The notes under the pieces: model-generated
Databases searched by the model: none
What the model was told of the DNA's origin: nothing
What the model saw: the letters and a program-made list of their open reading frames with translations, nothing else
Assembly (NCBI RefSeq): GCF_009914755.1
Contig: NC_060929.1
DNA from: the human T2T-CHM13v2.0 reference genome, Homo sapiens
Reading direction: 5' to 3' (one strand)
DNA length: 64,000 bases
Made by a program: the position numbers and the translations under genes
In this document: piece by piece, positions 30,080 through 42,742 of the stretch
Layout of the letters: each line of letters starts with the position of its first letter
How positions within the stretch are numbered: the stretch's first letter is position 1

Positions 30080-30565
30080 TGTATTAGTATGTTCTCACAC
30101 TGCACTTCCTCCGTGGAGAATTAGGGGCCTGGAGAATCCTGTGGTTTGCAGCTGAAATAGCTGCAACTGGGTAATTGCAAACTGGGTAATTTGCAACCGG
30201 TAATTGCAAAGAAATAGCTGAAACTGGGTAATTTATAAAGAAAAGAGGTTTAATTGGCTTATGGTTCCGCAGGCTGTACAGGAAGCATGGCTAAGAGGCC
30301 TCAGGAAACTTACACTCATGGCAGAACGTTAAGGGGAAGCAGGAACGTCTTACATGGCAGGAGCAAGAGGAAGAGCGAGCAAATGGGGAAGTGCCACACA
30401 CGATTAAACAACCAGATCTCGTGAGAACTCACTCACTATCACTAGAACAGCAAGGGGGAAATCCACCCCCAAGATCCAATCATCTCCCACCAAGCCCCTC
30501 CTCCAACATTGGGAATTACAATTTGACATGAGATTTAGGTGGGGACACAGAGTCAAACCATATCA
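30080..30565 (-). mobile_element. MSTA-like solo LTR carrying a ~100-bp templated insertion
   Basis: tgtattag...aaaccatatca; perfect TSD agcca (30075-30079, 30566-30570). Confidence 0.92.
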
Positions 30566-30845
30566 AGCCACCAGCCCCTTTCTGGGACCTCTGATAGCTT
30601 GGTACCTATCCAACCTGGCTCAATCTTAGGAGGTAGGGTCTGCGGATACCTTCCTAGGGTCTCACACAGCAGCTCAACTGTGGACTAGTCCCCTATGAAT
30701 TTCCTGACTTTCTGATTCCTGCTTGATCATTTCTCGTTCTTTCCTAAAGTCTGGAAATGTGCTCTGTGTTATATCTGGATTCCTGTCTGCTCCCAAGTCA
30801 GACTCAAAGCTATGTTTTGGGGACCCTAAAAGTCTTCTTCCCCTA

Positions 30846-31143
30846 GAGACAGGGTCTCACTCTGTCACCCAGGCTGGAGTGCAGCGGCATGATCAGAGCT
30901 CACTGCAGCCTCTACCTCCAGGGATCAGGCAATCCTATCCCCCTGCCTCAGTCTCCTAAGTAGCTGGGACCACAAGCATGCACACCACGATGCCTAGCTA
31001 ATTTATTATTATTACTACTATTTGTAGAGATGGGGGTCTCTCTTTATTGCCCAGGCTGGTCTTGAACTCCTAGGCTCAAGGGATCCTTCTGCCTCAGCCT
31101 CCAAGATTGCTGGGATTACTGGCATAGGCCACTGCACCTGGCC
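30846..31143 (-). mobile_element. AluJ, tail lost
   Basis: gagacagggtctcactctgtcacccaggctgg...cactgcacctggcc. Confidence 0.9.
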
Positions 31144-31337
31144 CAGACTGGCTTTTTAAAATCAAAGAATCTTGCATTCCTACCAAAATTTGGCTAACCA
31201 TTTAAAAATTTCTGTTTGAACCTCAAAGCTGAGCAATGAGCTCTGACTCCTGGCTCCCACTACCCCTGAAGAAATGAATGTCTTAGCTGCAATGGGGACA
31301 TGATTTGGGGAGGTATGGGGTAGCCAGGGGTGGCTGG

Positions 31338-31520
31338 TAGGGTGGCCAGGGAAAATAGAGAGTGCCCAGTTATTGTTGAATTTCAGCTAAATAATGCATA
31401 AAGTTTTTTTAGAATAAGTATGTTCCAAATATTGCAAGAAACATACTATACTAAAAACTTTTAATTGTTTATTTAAAATTCAATTATAACTGGGTATCAA
31501 GTCTTTTAATTTGCTATCAA
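31338..31520. mobile_element. MER53 hAT MITE
   Basis: tagggtggccag...gcccagttattgttgaatttcag...aattcaattataactggg. Confidence 0.75.
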
Positions 31521-32691
31521 AAATAATCATTAATTATAAATTCCCAGTTTTTTTAAATTAAGCTATGCTAGCAATGAGAACTTTAAAGAAAAACAGGAAA
31601 CCCTAGTAGCAGAGGGTTCACCAGGAATGAAATCCATCAGTTTAGAGTTTTCAAAACTATGATCCTCTCCATACTACCTTGTACTAGAAAGAGTGGAGCA
31701 GTTAAAGGGGTAATTTAATATGGCAACTGATGTAATGCTGAGCACAGTTTTTGCCATCATTTTATTAGTTTAAAGGTGATACAGTCTTAGAGAGAGTGAA
31801 GATCTCAAATTCTTTTATACTCCACATCTGAACAATATTGAAATAATGTATAAACAATTCTGTACTGTTGATTCCATTGTTTTGTCCCATTTCTCTAACT
31901 TTTGCCAGTAAAAACTGACTTCACAGCACTTTTTATTTTAGAGTTTTATTTGTTCACACAACCTAGTACAATAACTGGGAAATTGTAAATGATGTCATTT
32001 AATTTAAGGTAAATTAACATATAAATATATGTGGATAGATGTTTATGTTAAACACAAAACTGAGGGATCAATTTGGTTTTTGTAGCTGGGTAATGAAAAT
32101 ATACAACTTTTCAACTTTTCCTGTTAATAATTCTGAGAGCTAATTAACTTTGTAGAACATGTTAGACTTTTGTTATGAAAAACTCCATTTTTCAGTGTTT
32201 CATTTCAGTGCCATAGTCATGGGTCTGCAGGCTTTACCCTACCTATGGAAGTGGATGGCTACAATTCTTTATCTTCTTTGGTTGGTCCTACATAGTAAGC
32301 TTGATAAAGAGTTTGACTTTTATGAAAATATAAATAACATTGTTTTGGAATACTCTGATGTCTTATCACCAGTAGATAGAAATCAATTTCATATAATACC
32401 CTGAGCAGTGACTAAAAAGGACAACTTTTGGCCATTACCAACCTGGATTAAAATGCCTGTTGAGACCAAGAGGAAAAGAGCATTTATCCTGTTAATTATG
32501 ATTTCTTTCACAATACATTTTATTAACAAGGTTTCTAAATGTTAATCTGATTCCAGACCTAAATAAAAGGCTACAGCTAAGAAAAAACAAAAACAAAAAA
32601 TCTAAACTATCACTGGAGCTTATAATTAGGGTAAATCAGGACTAACACACACCATTTATTGAACAATTACTAGCCGCCAGGTATATTCTAA

Positions 32692-32871
<180 letters not shown>

Positions 32872-32941
32872 TAAGCACTTTAGATGTATCATCTCTTTTA
32901 ATCTTTTGGGGGCTCCGTGAGGTAGGTACTCTTATCCACTA

Positions 32942-32943
<2 letters not shown>

Positions 32944-32983
<40 letters not shown>

Positions 32984-33628
32984 CTTTAAGTTTTAGGGTA
33001 CATGTGCACAATGTGCAGGTTTGTTACATATGTATACATGTGCCATGTTGGTGTGCTGCACCCATTAACTCGTCATTTAGCATTAGGTATATCTTCCAAT
33101 GCTATCCCTCCCCCTTCCCCCCACCCCACAACAGTCCCCGGAGTGTGATGTTCCCCTTCCTGTGTCCATGTGTTCCCATTGTTCAATTCCCGCCTATGAG
33201 TGAGAACATGCAGTGTTTGGTTTTTTGTCCTTGCGATGTTTACTAAGAATGATGATTTCCAGTTTCATCCATGTCCCTACAAAGGACATGAACTCATCAT
33301 TTTTTATGGCTGCATAGTATTCCATGGTGTATATGTGCCACATTTTCTTAATCCAGTCTATCGTTGTTGGACATTTGGGTTGGTTCCAAGTCTTTGCTAT
33401 TGTGAATAGTGCCAGAATCTACAATGAACTCAAACAAATTTACAAGAAAAAAACAAACAACCCCATCAAAAAGTGGGCCAAGGATATGAACAGACACTTC
33501 TCAAAAGAAGACATTTATGCAGCCAAAAAACACTTGAAAAAATGCTCATCATCACTGGCCATCAGAGAAATGCAAATCAAAACCACAATGAGGTACCATC
33601 TCACACCAGTTAGAATGGCGATCATTAA
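32944..33628 (-). mobile_element. Young L1PA (PA2/PA3-like) 3' fragment with 5' inversion
   Basis: Minus-strand 3' end (32944-33413) joined to a plus-strand ORF2 piece (33412-33628); TSD tatccactatt at 32933-32943 and 33629-33639. Confidence 0.93.
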
Positions 33629-35974
33629 TATCCACTATTATTTTATCCGCATCTTACAGGTTAAGAAACTGAGGCTCAATGAGATTTGTTACCGAGCCCA
33701 GGGTCACACAGCTAGTTAGTGGAAAACTAGGATTTGAACTCAGTCTTACCCTAGATACCATCATTTTAACTGCCATACACCATATACTATGTCCTCTCCT
33801 CACTGATAACAGCATTTTGGTGGCTATGGCAGCATAGTTAGCTGAACAAATAATACTTTAATGCCCAGAAAACACACTGAGGTCAGTGCATTCTTGCATG
33901 ATTTCTAAATATCACTTCTTCCCATTTTGCTTTTTCTCTATAATAAACTCCCAATTATCCACTGTTTTGAATGCTGAATATCTTATAAACCTTTAGGTGT
34001 CCCACTATGGTACTTTGTCCACTGAAAGTATATTTCTTGTGTTAATTATAAGTACTTTTCAATGATTTTTATATTTTGATTGGTTCCTTTGAGTAAAGAG
34101 AGTATCTTTCAGGGAAAGTATTTTCCAGTTACAAACATGATTATTTCTTTAATTCAAATACTATTTTTTTTTATAATTGATATAGGTAATGCAGTCTTTG
34201 AAAGCCTTGATCCTTAACCTGAGGTTCGTAGGTCCACAGACAGGATTCTCTCATGCTCAAGTAACCCTAAAATTAAATGCAGAATTCTACAAGTATGGAT
34301 CTATGCAAAGATGGAAATGTGAAGATGCCCAGAGCTTCCATCAGATGTCTGAAAGGGTGCAGGGCTTCAAATGTAGCACCACATGGATCACGGTACTAAA
34401 ATAGTATCTGGATTTTTATGCTTCTTTGTAGTGGAGCCCCTGCCATGCTGAGCAGAGTTCCAGAGTTAGGTGTTGAACCATGTCCTTGCCCTCCTGCCAA
34501 TGAGCATGTGTGGCATGCTCAGAGGTGCTCAGGGAACCCTCAGTCCCTCTGGTGAAGTACAGGACTGAGCTGCATTCTACTGACTTTGGTAGACTCAAGG
34601 AATCTGAATTCTTTCTTTATGAACCCAAAAGAAACTCCAGTACACGGAACCACCACCTTCCCTCTGTCCATCACTCCCTCATTCTCTGGCTCTCCCCACC
34701 AGGCTAGACCCAAAGTCCCCTGCTATCATCCCTTCTTCCTGTCCCTCCATGGTGTTCACCAGGCAACCTCAGAGGAGGCCTGACTCACTGCCTCCTTTGT
34801 CCCAGGTCCTGAACATGACCAAAGACAAACATCAAGCCATGCTGAAGGTTGTCCTCTGAATTTACAACCACTCCCTTCAAGTGGGCACTCAGCCCTGTGT
34901 GGCAGGCAGTTCCACCTCCCTCTCCAGTCCATGCCCCCTCCCACGTACAGGATGGGCACCCCAATCCTAACCCTCAATCCTTAGCTCTTAGGCCCCTCCT
35001 CATGCTCAAGCAAGAACCTGATTTCTTTTCTCAGTGAGAAAACAAAAAGTCACCCTCTCCTCACCAGATCCTTCAACCCAACTGGATTTGTTCTCATCTA
35101 CTGTGCCTTTGCTTTTGTGAAAATGTAGACAAATCGTCCCCTTTCCCTTTGACACCACTAAATCCATTCCTTTTCCCATAGGTAAGATCCTTCCTTACAA
35201 CGATGCCCTCTTTCTTCCGCCCCACCAAGTTTTATCCTTCTTCGGTGGCATTCCCACCTGCATAAAAACATGCTGTAAAAGCTCTTATCTGAAATAGAAC
35301 AAAGCAAACAGTCACAACACATGCAACCACTCTAGGTGCTGCCCCATTTTTCTCTCTCTAACCCACCCCTAGAAAAAACATATAGAAATGTCTATAATAA
35401 TAATAATATATATATTAATAATGAGAGAACATACTTATATAATGTCAGGCACTGTTTTAAGCATGCTGTATATTTAACTCAAATTACTCTACACAGCAAT
35501 TGTTAACAGAGGGCTGTTATTATCCTCATTTTACTCTTGAGCAAACTGAGCCACAAACTCACTTCTATGGCTTTCCCTGACCACCTCATGTAAAGTGGCA
35601 CACCTCTCATTCCCAATCTCCTTACCTTGCCTCATTTTCTGTAGAACCTTCTATCTACTTAAGATTGTGTTTATTTGTTGCATGTCTCTTTCTTCTGACT
35701 ACTAGATAAGCTTCAACAGAACAGAAACTGTGCCTGTTTTCCAATACCTGGAACAGAGCCAAGCCCATGGTTTATACTCAATAAGTATTTGTTGAATAAA
35801 GAAGGTTAAAGACCTACACAATAATTTTGTGTAAAATTAGAGAGTTTTAAGAATATGTAAAATAAATATTTATAAATTAAAATGTCTATTCAACGGATAT
35901 CCTATTTAAAATCATCCTGTGAAGTCATTTGCAAAGTTTTTGTGTGTGACAAACCACAGAAGTCTATAGTGTCT

Positions 35975-36294
35975 TTATTTATTTATTCGTTTATTTTTAT
36001 TTATTTATTTTTGAGACAGAGTCTCACTCTGTCGCCCAGGCTAGAGTGCAATGGCACAATCTCAGATCACCACAACTTCTGCCTCTTCTGTTCAAGCGAT
36101 CCTCCTGCCTTAGCCTCCCAAGCAGCTGGGATTACAGGCTCCTGCCACCACACCTGGCTAATTTTTAAATTTTTAGTAGAGACAGGGTTTCACCATGTTG
36201 GCCACGCTGGTCTCGAACTCCTGACCTTAGGTGATCCACCAGCCTCGGCCTCCCAAAGTGCTGGGATTACAGGCGTGAGCCACTGTGCATGGCC
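35975..36294 (-). mobile_element. AluS
   Basis: Full dimer; TSD agaagtctatagt/agaagtctacagt. Confidence 0.93.
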
Positions 36295-36951
36295 TGAAGA
36301 AGTCTACAGTTATCTGTATTTTTTCATGTATTTGTTTTTTTGGATTTTCTTCAGCTGATGATCAGAATATTTTAGCCTGTCATATTTTAGTGTGAAATGC
36401 ATAACGTGTTTCCTGTTTCCATGAAGTTGTCAGGCCCGCTTTGGCAGGCTCACAAATGGACACTGCATATACACAGGCACTGAGCTGAACTCTGAGAACA
36501 CTAATCACATTTGAAATGGAAACGACACCCAGCGGTTCTGACCATTCTGCACGGAGTTTACATTCCAGTTCATTAGTCATAGGCACTGCTCAATTGCATT
36601 CAACTGGCATAGTTCACTTACAACACAGGTAAATATCAAAAGGAAATTAAATCGATGCTCAAATACAATATTTTGTGTAACTCTCTTTTTTCTTTAGTTT
36701 CTGTAAATGTGGTTGGCAGGTTTTGACAGGAAAAAAGTTGTTCTTCATAAACATTAATATATTTCACTTTCACTCACATAAGTAAAGTTGCTTCAGTTTT
36801 TTTTCTCCACTAGGTTTCTTGTTTATCTAAACACTGGTGTCCTCAGACAAACCAGCTACTATGTCATGGTTTAAAAAATCCTCTGTGGGTGAGAAAATAG
36901 TACAGCATACCAAACACCCAATCAGCTGAAGAACTGAAAAGGAAAAAGTAT

Positions 36952-37309
36952 TGTATTAGTCCATTTTCATGCTGCTGATAAAGACATACCCGAGACTAGG
37001 AAATTTACAAGAGAAAGAGATTAATTGGACTTACAGTTCCACATGGCTGGGTGGGGGCCTCACAACCATGGTGGAAGGCAAGGAAGAGCAAGTCACATCT
37101 TACGTGGATGGCAAGAGGCAAAGAGGGAGCTTGTGCGTAGAAACTCCCATTTTAAAAACCATCAGATCCCATTCACTATCATGAGAACAGCATGGGAAAG
37201 ACCCGCCCCCATGATTCAATCATCTCCCACCGGATCCCTCCCACAACACGTGGGAGGTATGTGAGCTATAAGATGAGATTTAGGTGGGGACACAAAGCCA
37301 AACATATCA
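36952..37309 (-). mobile_element. THE1B-like solo LTR
   Basis: tgtattagtccattttcatgc...catatca; perfect TSD agtat. Confidence 0.92.
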
Positions 37310-39507
37310 AGTATCTTAAAGCAAATTTCTAAAATAGGCCCTGGTTAATCTTAGAAAATTAGGAAAGTGACACCAATTCCTACGATTAAAGAAACAGAAT
37401 TTAACATAGCTTTACACAATCTATTTTTTGAATTTGATAAACATCAAGATGTTTTTAAAATGTTATGCAATAAATAATATTTTCTAAGTTGAAAATGTAT
37501 GCATATGACCTTTTTTCTCAAATAAATGCAGAGCTAAATAACACATTCTAAAGACCAGTTTTATCATCTTTCTACTGTTCGTAACATAAAACTGAAATGG
37601 TAATGGATCTACCACCAAGCAAAAGAGAATTAAAACAGTTTAAGTGATCGGGAAAATTGACATAAAAATGGATAATGTTTTATACAACAGTGAGTTTCTA
37701 CATATGTGTGTTGCAACATTAAAAAGGAATTTGATTTTCCATTTTTGTCACTTGCAGATATTGTGTTGATAATAAGATTATTACGTCAAATCAACATTAT
37801 ACTGTGTTCTCCACCATGCATGCTGGGCCCTGCTCTGGGATCACCTCCATGATTTGCTTGGTTGATGGTGGTAACTGGACAAGGTTGGAAGGTTTAAACA
37901 GTAGCCACCAAGCCAGGGACAAATAGCTGTGACTTACTGCCAACCTTACAACCTTCTCCATCATGCCTGCACATATTGCTATTTAAGAAAGCCCTGTAAT
38001 AGCTGCAAAAGTCATCCTTATCAACCCAAGGCATCTTGAGAATGATGTATTAAAAATGTGAAGTAGGGATTGTGAGAAGTTCATAAAAGATGGAAAGTAA
38101 TACAGCTGCAAGAGAAAGATGGGAAACTTGTGAGGGACAGTCCCTGTTTCAGAGACTGGAGAAATACATAACCCCCCAATGCACATATGCACCACACACA
38201 CACATGCATGCACACACATCACACACACACAAACACACTAACGTAATGAACATGGTTCTTGGTGATTCTTTCCTAGAGATTTTCAGCATGAAGCTTGGCT
38301 TATAGTACTGTCCTCCCATGTCTGATTCTAAAGCAGAGGTGAGCTTCCTAAAGCTTAACCCTATCTCCCCACTCCTTATGGCCATGATTCCAAGCACAGT
38401 GAATACATCTGGTTATGTTACCTCCCAGGTCCAAGCCCCCAGAAAAATGGAAAGCCCTGGGGAGCTCTGTTGGAAACTGGGCCTGCCACACAACGCCTCT
38501 GGTGGTGTCCTGTTCTATCCCTCCCTCCACACGTCTGCAACTCCCATGATCAGTAACTTTTGCTTCTCTATACGCATCATACTCTTTCTTTTGCAGAAAC
38601 CCATCATGAACCTCACTTAAGTAGCCTATTCTTCAATCGCCTCATGCAGCTTGCTGTAGAAAGCCTCTCTCTTCCTGCCCATGCTAACTGCTCCTGCTCA
38701 GCCTCCCATGATATCAGTGCCCAGCATTTTCACTTCATGTGTTGCAGTACTGAAACTGCAGGTCTGTCATTTTCCCGCAGAGGTCCCAAAGTTTCTTGAA
38801 GATGCAGACGTATCTTACTCATCTTGGTAATTTTAATGTTACCACAGTGCTTGCCACAGAGAATCTCTGTTGACATAATGAAAGCATAGTTGCATAATAA
38901 TATTATGCAATAAGCATTTATGAATTGCCTCCAAAAAAGACTGGTGATATAAATGCACTATCCCACACAAGAGTTCCACTGAAGTGTCATTTCACTCTAT
39001 ATATAAAAGCAACAAAGCTACACTGGGTTGATTCATTTTTCAATATTTTATGAAATTGTTCTATAATATATATTTTGAGTGGCTTCTTGGATACATTTGT
39101 TATGTAAGCTTTTTTTCATTTTGACAGCTATAGGATAAAAAGTGCCCTATTACAAGTGAGATACTATAAAATGTGCACAGTATAGAACAAAATATATTTG
39201 TCAAAGTCAAAATAAATTTTTACAAAAGTATGGGCATTCTCCTTCGGCAGGTAACAAAGCACATGCATGTATTTTTTTAAATAAATACATTTAAAGAGAT
39301 TGTATGTATACTTGCTCTGTGTACGGAGATACCTGCTCTAAAGGGGAGGCTACAGGGCAATTTGTTGAAAGAAACAGATGTAAATTTAGAGATCAGAGGC
39401 AAAAAGTAACATGGTCTTTAGTTCTGTGGGCAGATGTGGTTATCTGACAAATTATGTCTGTGACATGGCTTATTTCATGAATATGTGAGGCACAAGTTTA
39501 CCACACA

Positions 39508-39823
39508 TTTGTTTGTTTGTTTGTTTGTCTGAGTCAGGATCTTGCTGTCTTGCCCCGGCTTGAGTACTATGGCACAGTCACATCTCACTGCAGCCTTGAA
39601 CTCCTGGGGTTAAGTGATTCTCCTATCTCAGCTTCCCGAGCAGCCAGGACTACGGTGTGCACCACCACTGCCCAGCAAATTAAAAAACAAAAACATTTAG
39701 AGATTGGGGGGGGGGGGTCTCACTATATTGCCCAGGCTGGTCTTGAACTCCCAGCCTCAAATAATCTTCCTGCCTTAGCCTCCTGAGTAGCTGAGAATAC
39801 AGGCATGAAACACTGCATCCAGG
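39508..39823 (-). mobile_element. AluJ
   Basis: Diverged dimer with (TTTG)n tail. Confidence 0.85.
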
Positions 39824-40153
39824 GTATTTCTGACTTTTTTCCCACATACTCTGGCTCTTAAATTCAAAGCATCCCAAAAGTCAATGAGTCACATGATCTA
39901 TGATGATGAACTAAGTTGGGACACAGTGAGGAGCAGGCAACTGAGCAAGTCATTGGGGTCTTATCCTTCCCTCCAAGCAACACCATTCTGAAAGGGAGGA
40001 CTTGAAGATGATGCTAGTGTTTTTAGCTTAGGAAACAGACAGCCATGACAGGGTACAGGATCCTGGGAGCAGAACAGATTCAGGGGTCTCTGTTGATGGG
40101 ATATAATGAGTTCTCTTTTAGACATGTTGGGTTTGAGATGTCTGAAACAAATA

Positions 40154-40232
40154 TTAAGTTGAGGCAATTGCAATTATGGTTTTTGCCATTGAAAGCAATG
40201 GCAAGACTGCAATTACATTTGCACCAACCTAA
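40154..40232. mobile_element. MADE1 mariner MITE inserted in an L2-like relic
   Basis: ~80 bp ending in aattacatttgcaccaacctaa (MADE1 terminal inverted repeat); TA flanks on both sides. Confidence 0.85.
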
Positions 40233-42064
40233 TATCTACTAGGTGTAAATATGACACTCTGGAGAGAGGCCTGGCATTGGGGACATAAAACTGAGCAGGT
40301 GAGCAATAGGTAATTAAGCAGATGCCATCAGAAAATTCTGAGTAGCAAAGAGTGAGGTCCTAGCCAGGAACAGGATTCCCCAGCGAGGAATGGGGAATCG
40401 CCCTTGCTTTAAGGAAGCTGAGGTGCTTGGTGTCAGGGTGGGGCCCAGGCTGATGGAAGCACGTCACCATCTGGTCATTAGCAGGAGGGAACTCGATGGA
40501 CACTCAATCCAGAAAAGGCAGAAGCCTAGGTCCTAGGTGACAGGTGGAACAGTGTGAGGTTGATGTTCAGTCCTTGGATCGCTAAGCTACTCTGTCTTAG
40601 GTATTTTCTGACTATGGTCTGGCTTGACTCCAAACATGCAGAGGTTGAACCTCATGGTGAGGGCAGCAGGGACCCAGAGTAGGCCCTGGTTACCCTTTTC
40701 TCATGTTTATATGCCAAGCAGCAAAACGAGCCAAAACAATTAGAAATAATAATGCCCACACCATTTTACAGGTAATCTTCCCCATCAGATTGAAGCCTGC
40801 TGAAATGTCCACTCCCTGTACACAGAACATTTTCTAAGTCACAGCTTTGCATATCATTCTCTAAATGTTACCACTTGAAACAGCAGAGAAAACCTTAAAG
40901 GGTGCATTTTAGTAAGTCATCATATACTCATTTTTTGTTGAAAGTTACCAAAGAAACTTTCCCTATCAATTCCAACGACCATCTAAAGAAAGTATGCCTT
41001 CACTTGTATTCACAATCTGGGAAGTATTTGAGACTATTTCCCTTGGCTTCTCTTTGTCTAATAATAACGATGAAACTGAATGGTGTCTATCCTAACAAGG
41101 TCGGGGGCACATCAGGTTATTGGCAGAGCAGAATTCTGGCTTTCTGGAAAAGATGAAATGCCTGTCTTCTCAGCCGAGGGCAGCCTGCCACCTCCACCAC
41201 AGTGTGCCATTGAACGTGGAGAGGGTAACAGGATGGGAAAGTGTATAGTTGGCCCATTGTTTAAAAGCAACTCCAGACATCCTTATTTGCTGTGTATTAA
41301 TTGAAAGAAACCATTTGTTTGGTGGCTAAGTTTGCTTCTGAAATTTACTAAGAACTGAGTGCTGATTTCTCAGAAAACTGAAGGCCAAGTTTAATTTTTC
41401 CAGCTTTCAACTTAATGCATTATCCTTTTTTTTTTTTTTGTCTAAAGAGTGAAAGCCTTAAATGGAAATCAAAGTCTGTAGTGCAAGAATGAACCCTCTT
41501 TGCCTGAACTGGTGTTTAAGGAGAGCTGAAACTCTTCATTTCCTTTCTTGTTTCTGAGAAACTGGTTCAAAGGTCAAGCCTAATGGAATGTTTCAGAAGT
41601 TTTATTTTCCTTTGCAGGCTTACGAAAGGCTTGGAGCTGACCCAGTAAAATTGAGATTATGAAGCATTCAGTTGTTAAAGGAATTTCCATGGTTTTTCCC
41701 TTTAAAATAAATCCTATATAGATCAAAAGACAGTGCCTTGATATTTCATTAAACCAACACACATATATATATAACATATATATATCCCTTTTTTCCTCTG
41801 GCCATAAAGCTGTAACTGTTAATTTTTCTTTTGGATTGAGTTATCATCATGTGGGCATCATTAGTACACAACTGATCAAGACATATATAATTATAATATA
41901 CAATTATTAAAGCATACAAATTGTGATATGCAATTATGAATCTTAAACATTATTTTATTGAAAAATACATCTCTTAATGAGTGGAGACAGGGTTTTAAAA
42001 ATTAATTTATGTATCCATGAATGAATGCTATTTATTGCTAGACTAAGACAGGTCCATATCAATC

Positions 42065-42742
42065 TCTAAACCTAAGATAAAATTCTAAGCCCTCCAACCG
42101 ACTGAACTGACCTCCTCTTGGTCAAGGGGACCCTACAGGAGCCTTGAAAATTGAATTCCTGGCCTCATTATACCCCCTCCCTAGCTAACCACCATTAGGC
42201 TTTCTTTCCCAAGGGCTAAATAGAAACCAGTACTTTGCAAAGACTCACTCCACCACTCTATCAACCAGCCACCCGATGCTGCCCTTCCCTTTTGTGCTTT
42301 TGACAAAGCAACTGGCCAGCATTCCTTCAACATAGGAGACCACTGGCCATGGAGTGGTTCTCGCCAGTCTATGAGGACTGCACCCAAATGGCTTTTGTGT
42401 CCTGTTTCACATTCTGATGTTCAGAGCCTAACTGTAGTACATTTAAATGTTGAGTCTCCACCACAAAGTGAACATGGGATGTGTGCTGCATATATGTTAG
42501 CCTATTACACACACATGCGCCACCTCTTCGTGAATTTTCATAGCTTCAACTGAAACCTGCTGAATATGTACACCAAGCCACCCTCCCAGCATCAATTCCT
42601 GTTCCTTTTACCCCTCCCTTGAAGTGCTTGCTTTTTGGTTTCAACAGGATGCTCTGCTTCTGGCCTGCAGGTTGTGGTACCCTCTTTCACAAATAAAGCC
42701 TTCCTTACCAAGTGTATAGATGTGTGACTTCTTTGGTCAACG
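42065..42742 (+). mobile_element. MER4-group ERV1 solo LTR
   Basis: taaacctaagataaaattctaagccctccaaccgactgaa start; AATAAA near the end; 4-bp TSD aatc. Confidence 0.82.

Noticed and set aside
30154-30235. Short repeats next to a captured unique segment, superficially like a CRISPR repeat-spacer unit
   Set aside because: Repeats are irregular partial copies of adjacent LTR sequence, there is no constant periodicity and no cas genes, and the DNA is primate.
35882-36358. 158-aa ORF and similar ORFs at 17220, 45776, 48442 and 60291
   Set aside because: Translations of Alu sequence ([22 protein letters not shown]).
36360-36680. Repeat-free stretch that looks like a possible conserved enhancer (also ~4600-4900)
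   Set aside because: Conservation or activity cannot be judged from one sequence, and there is no specific motif evidence.
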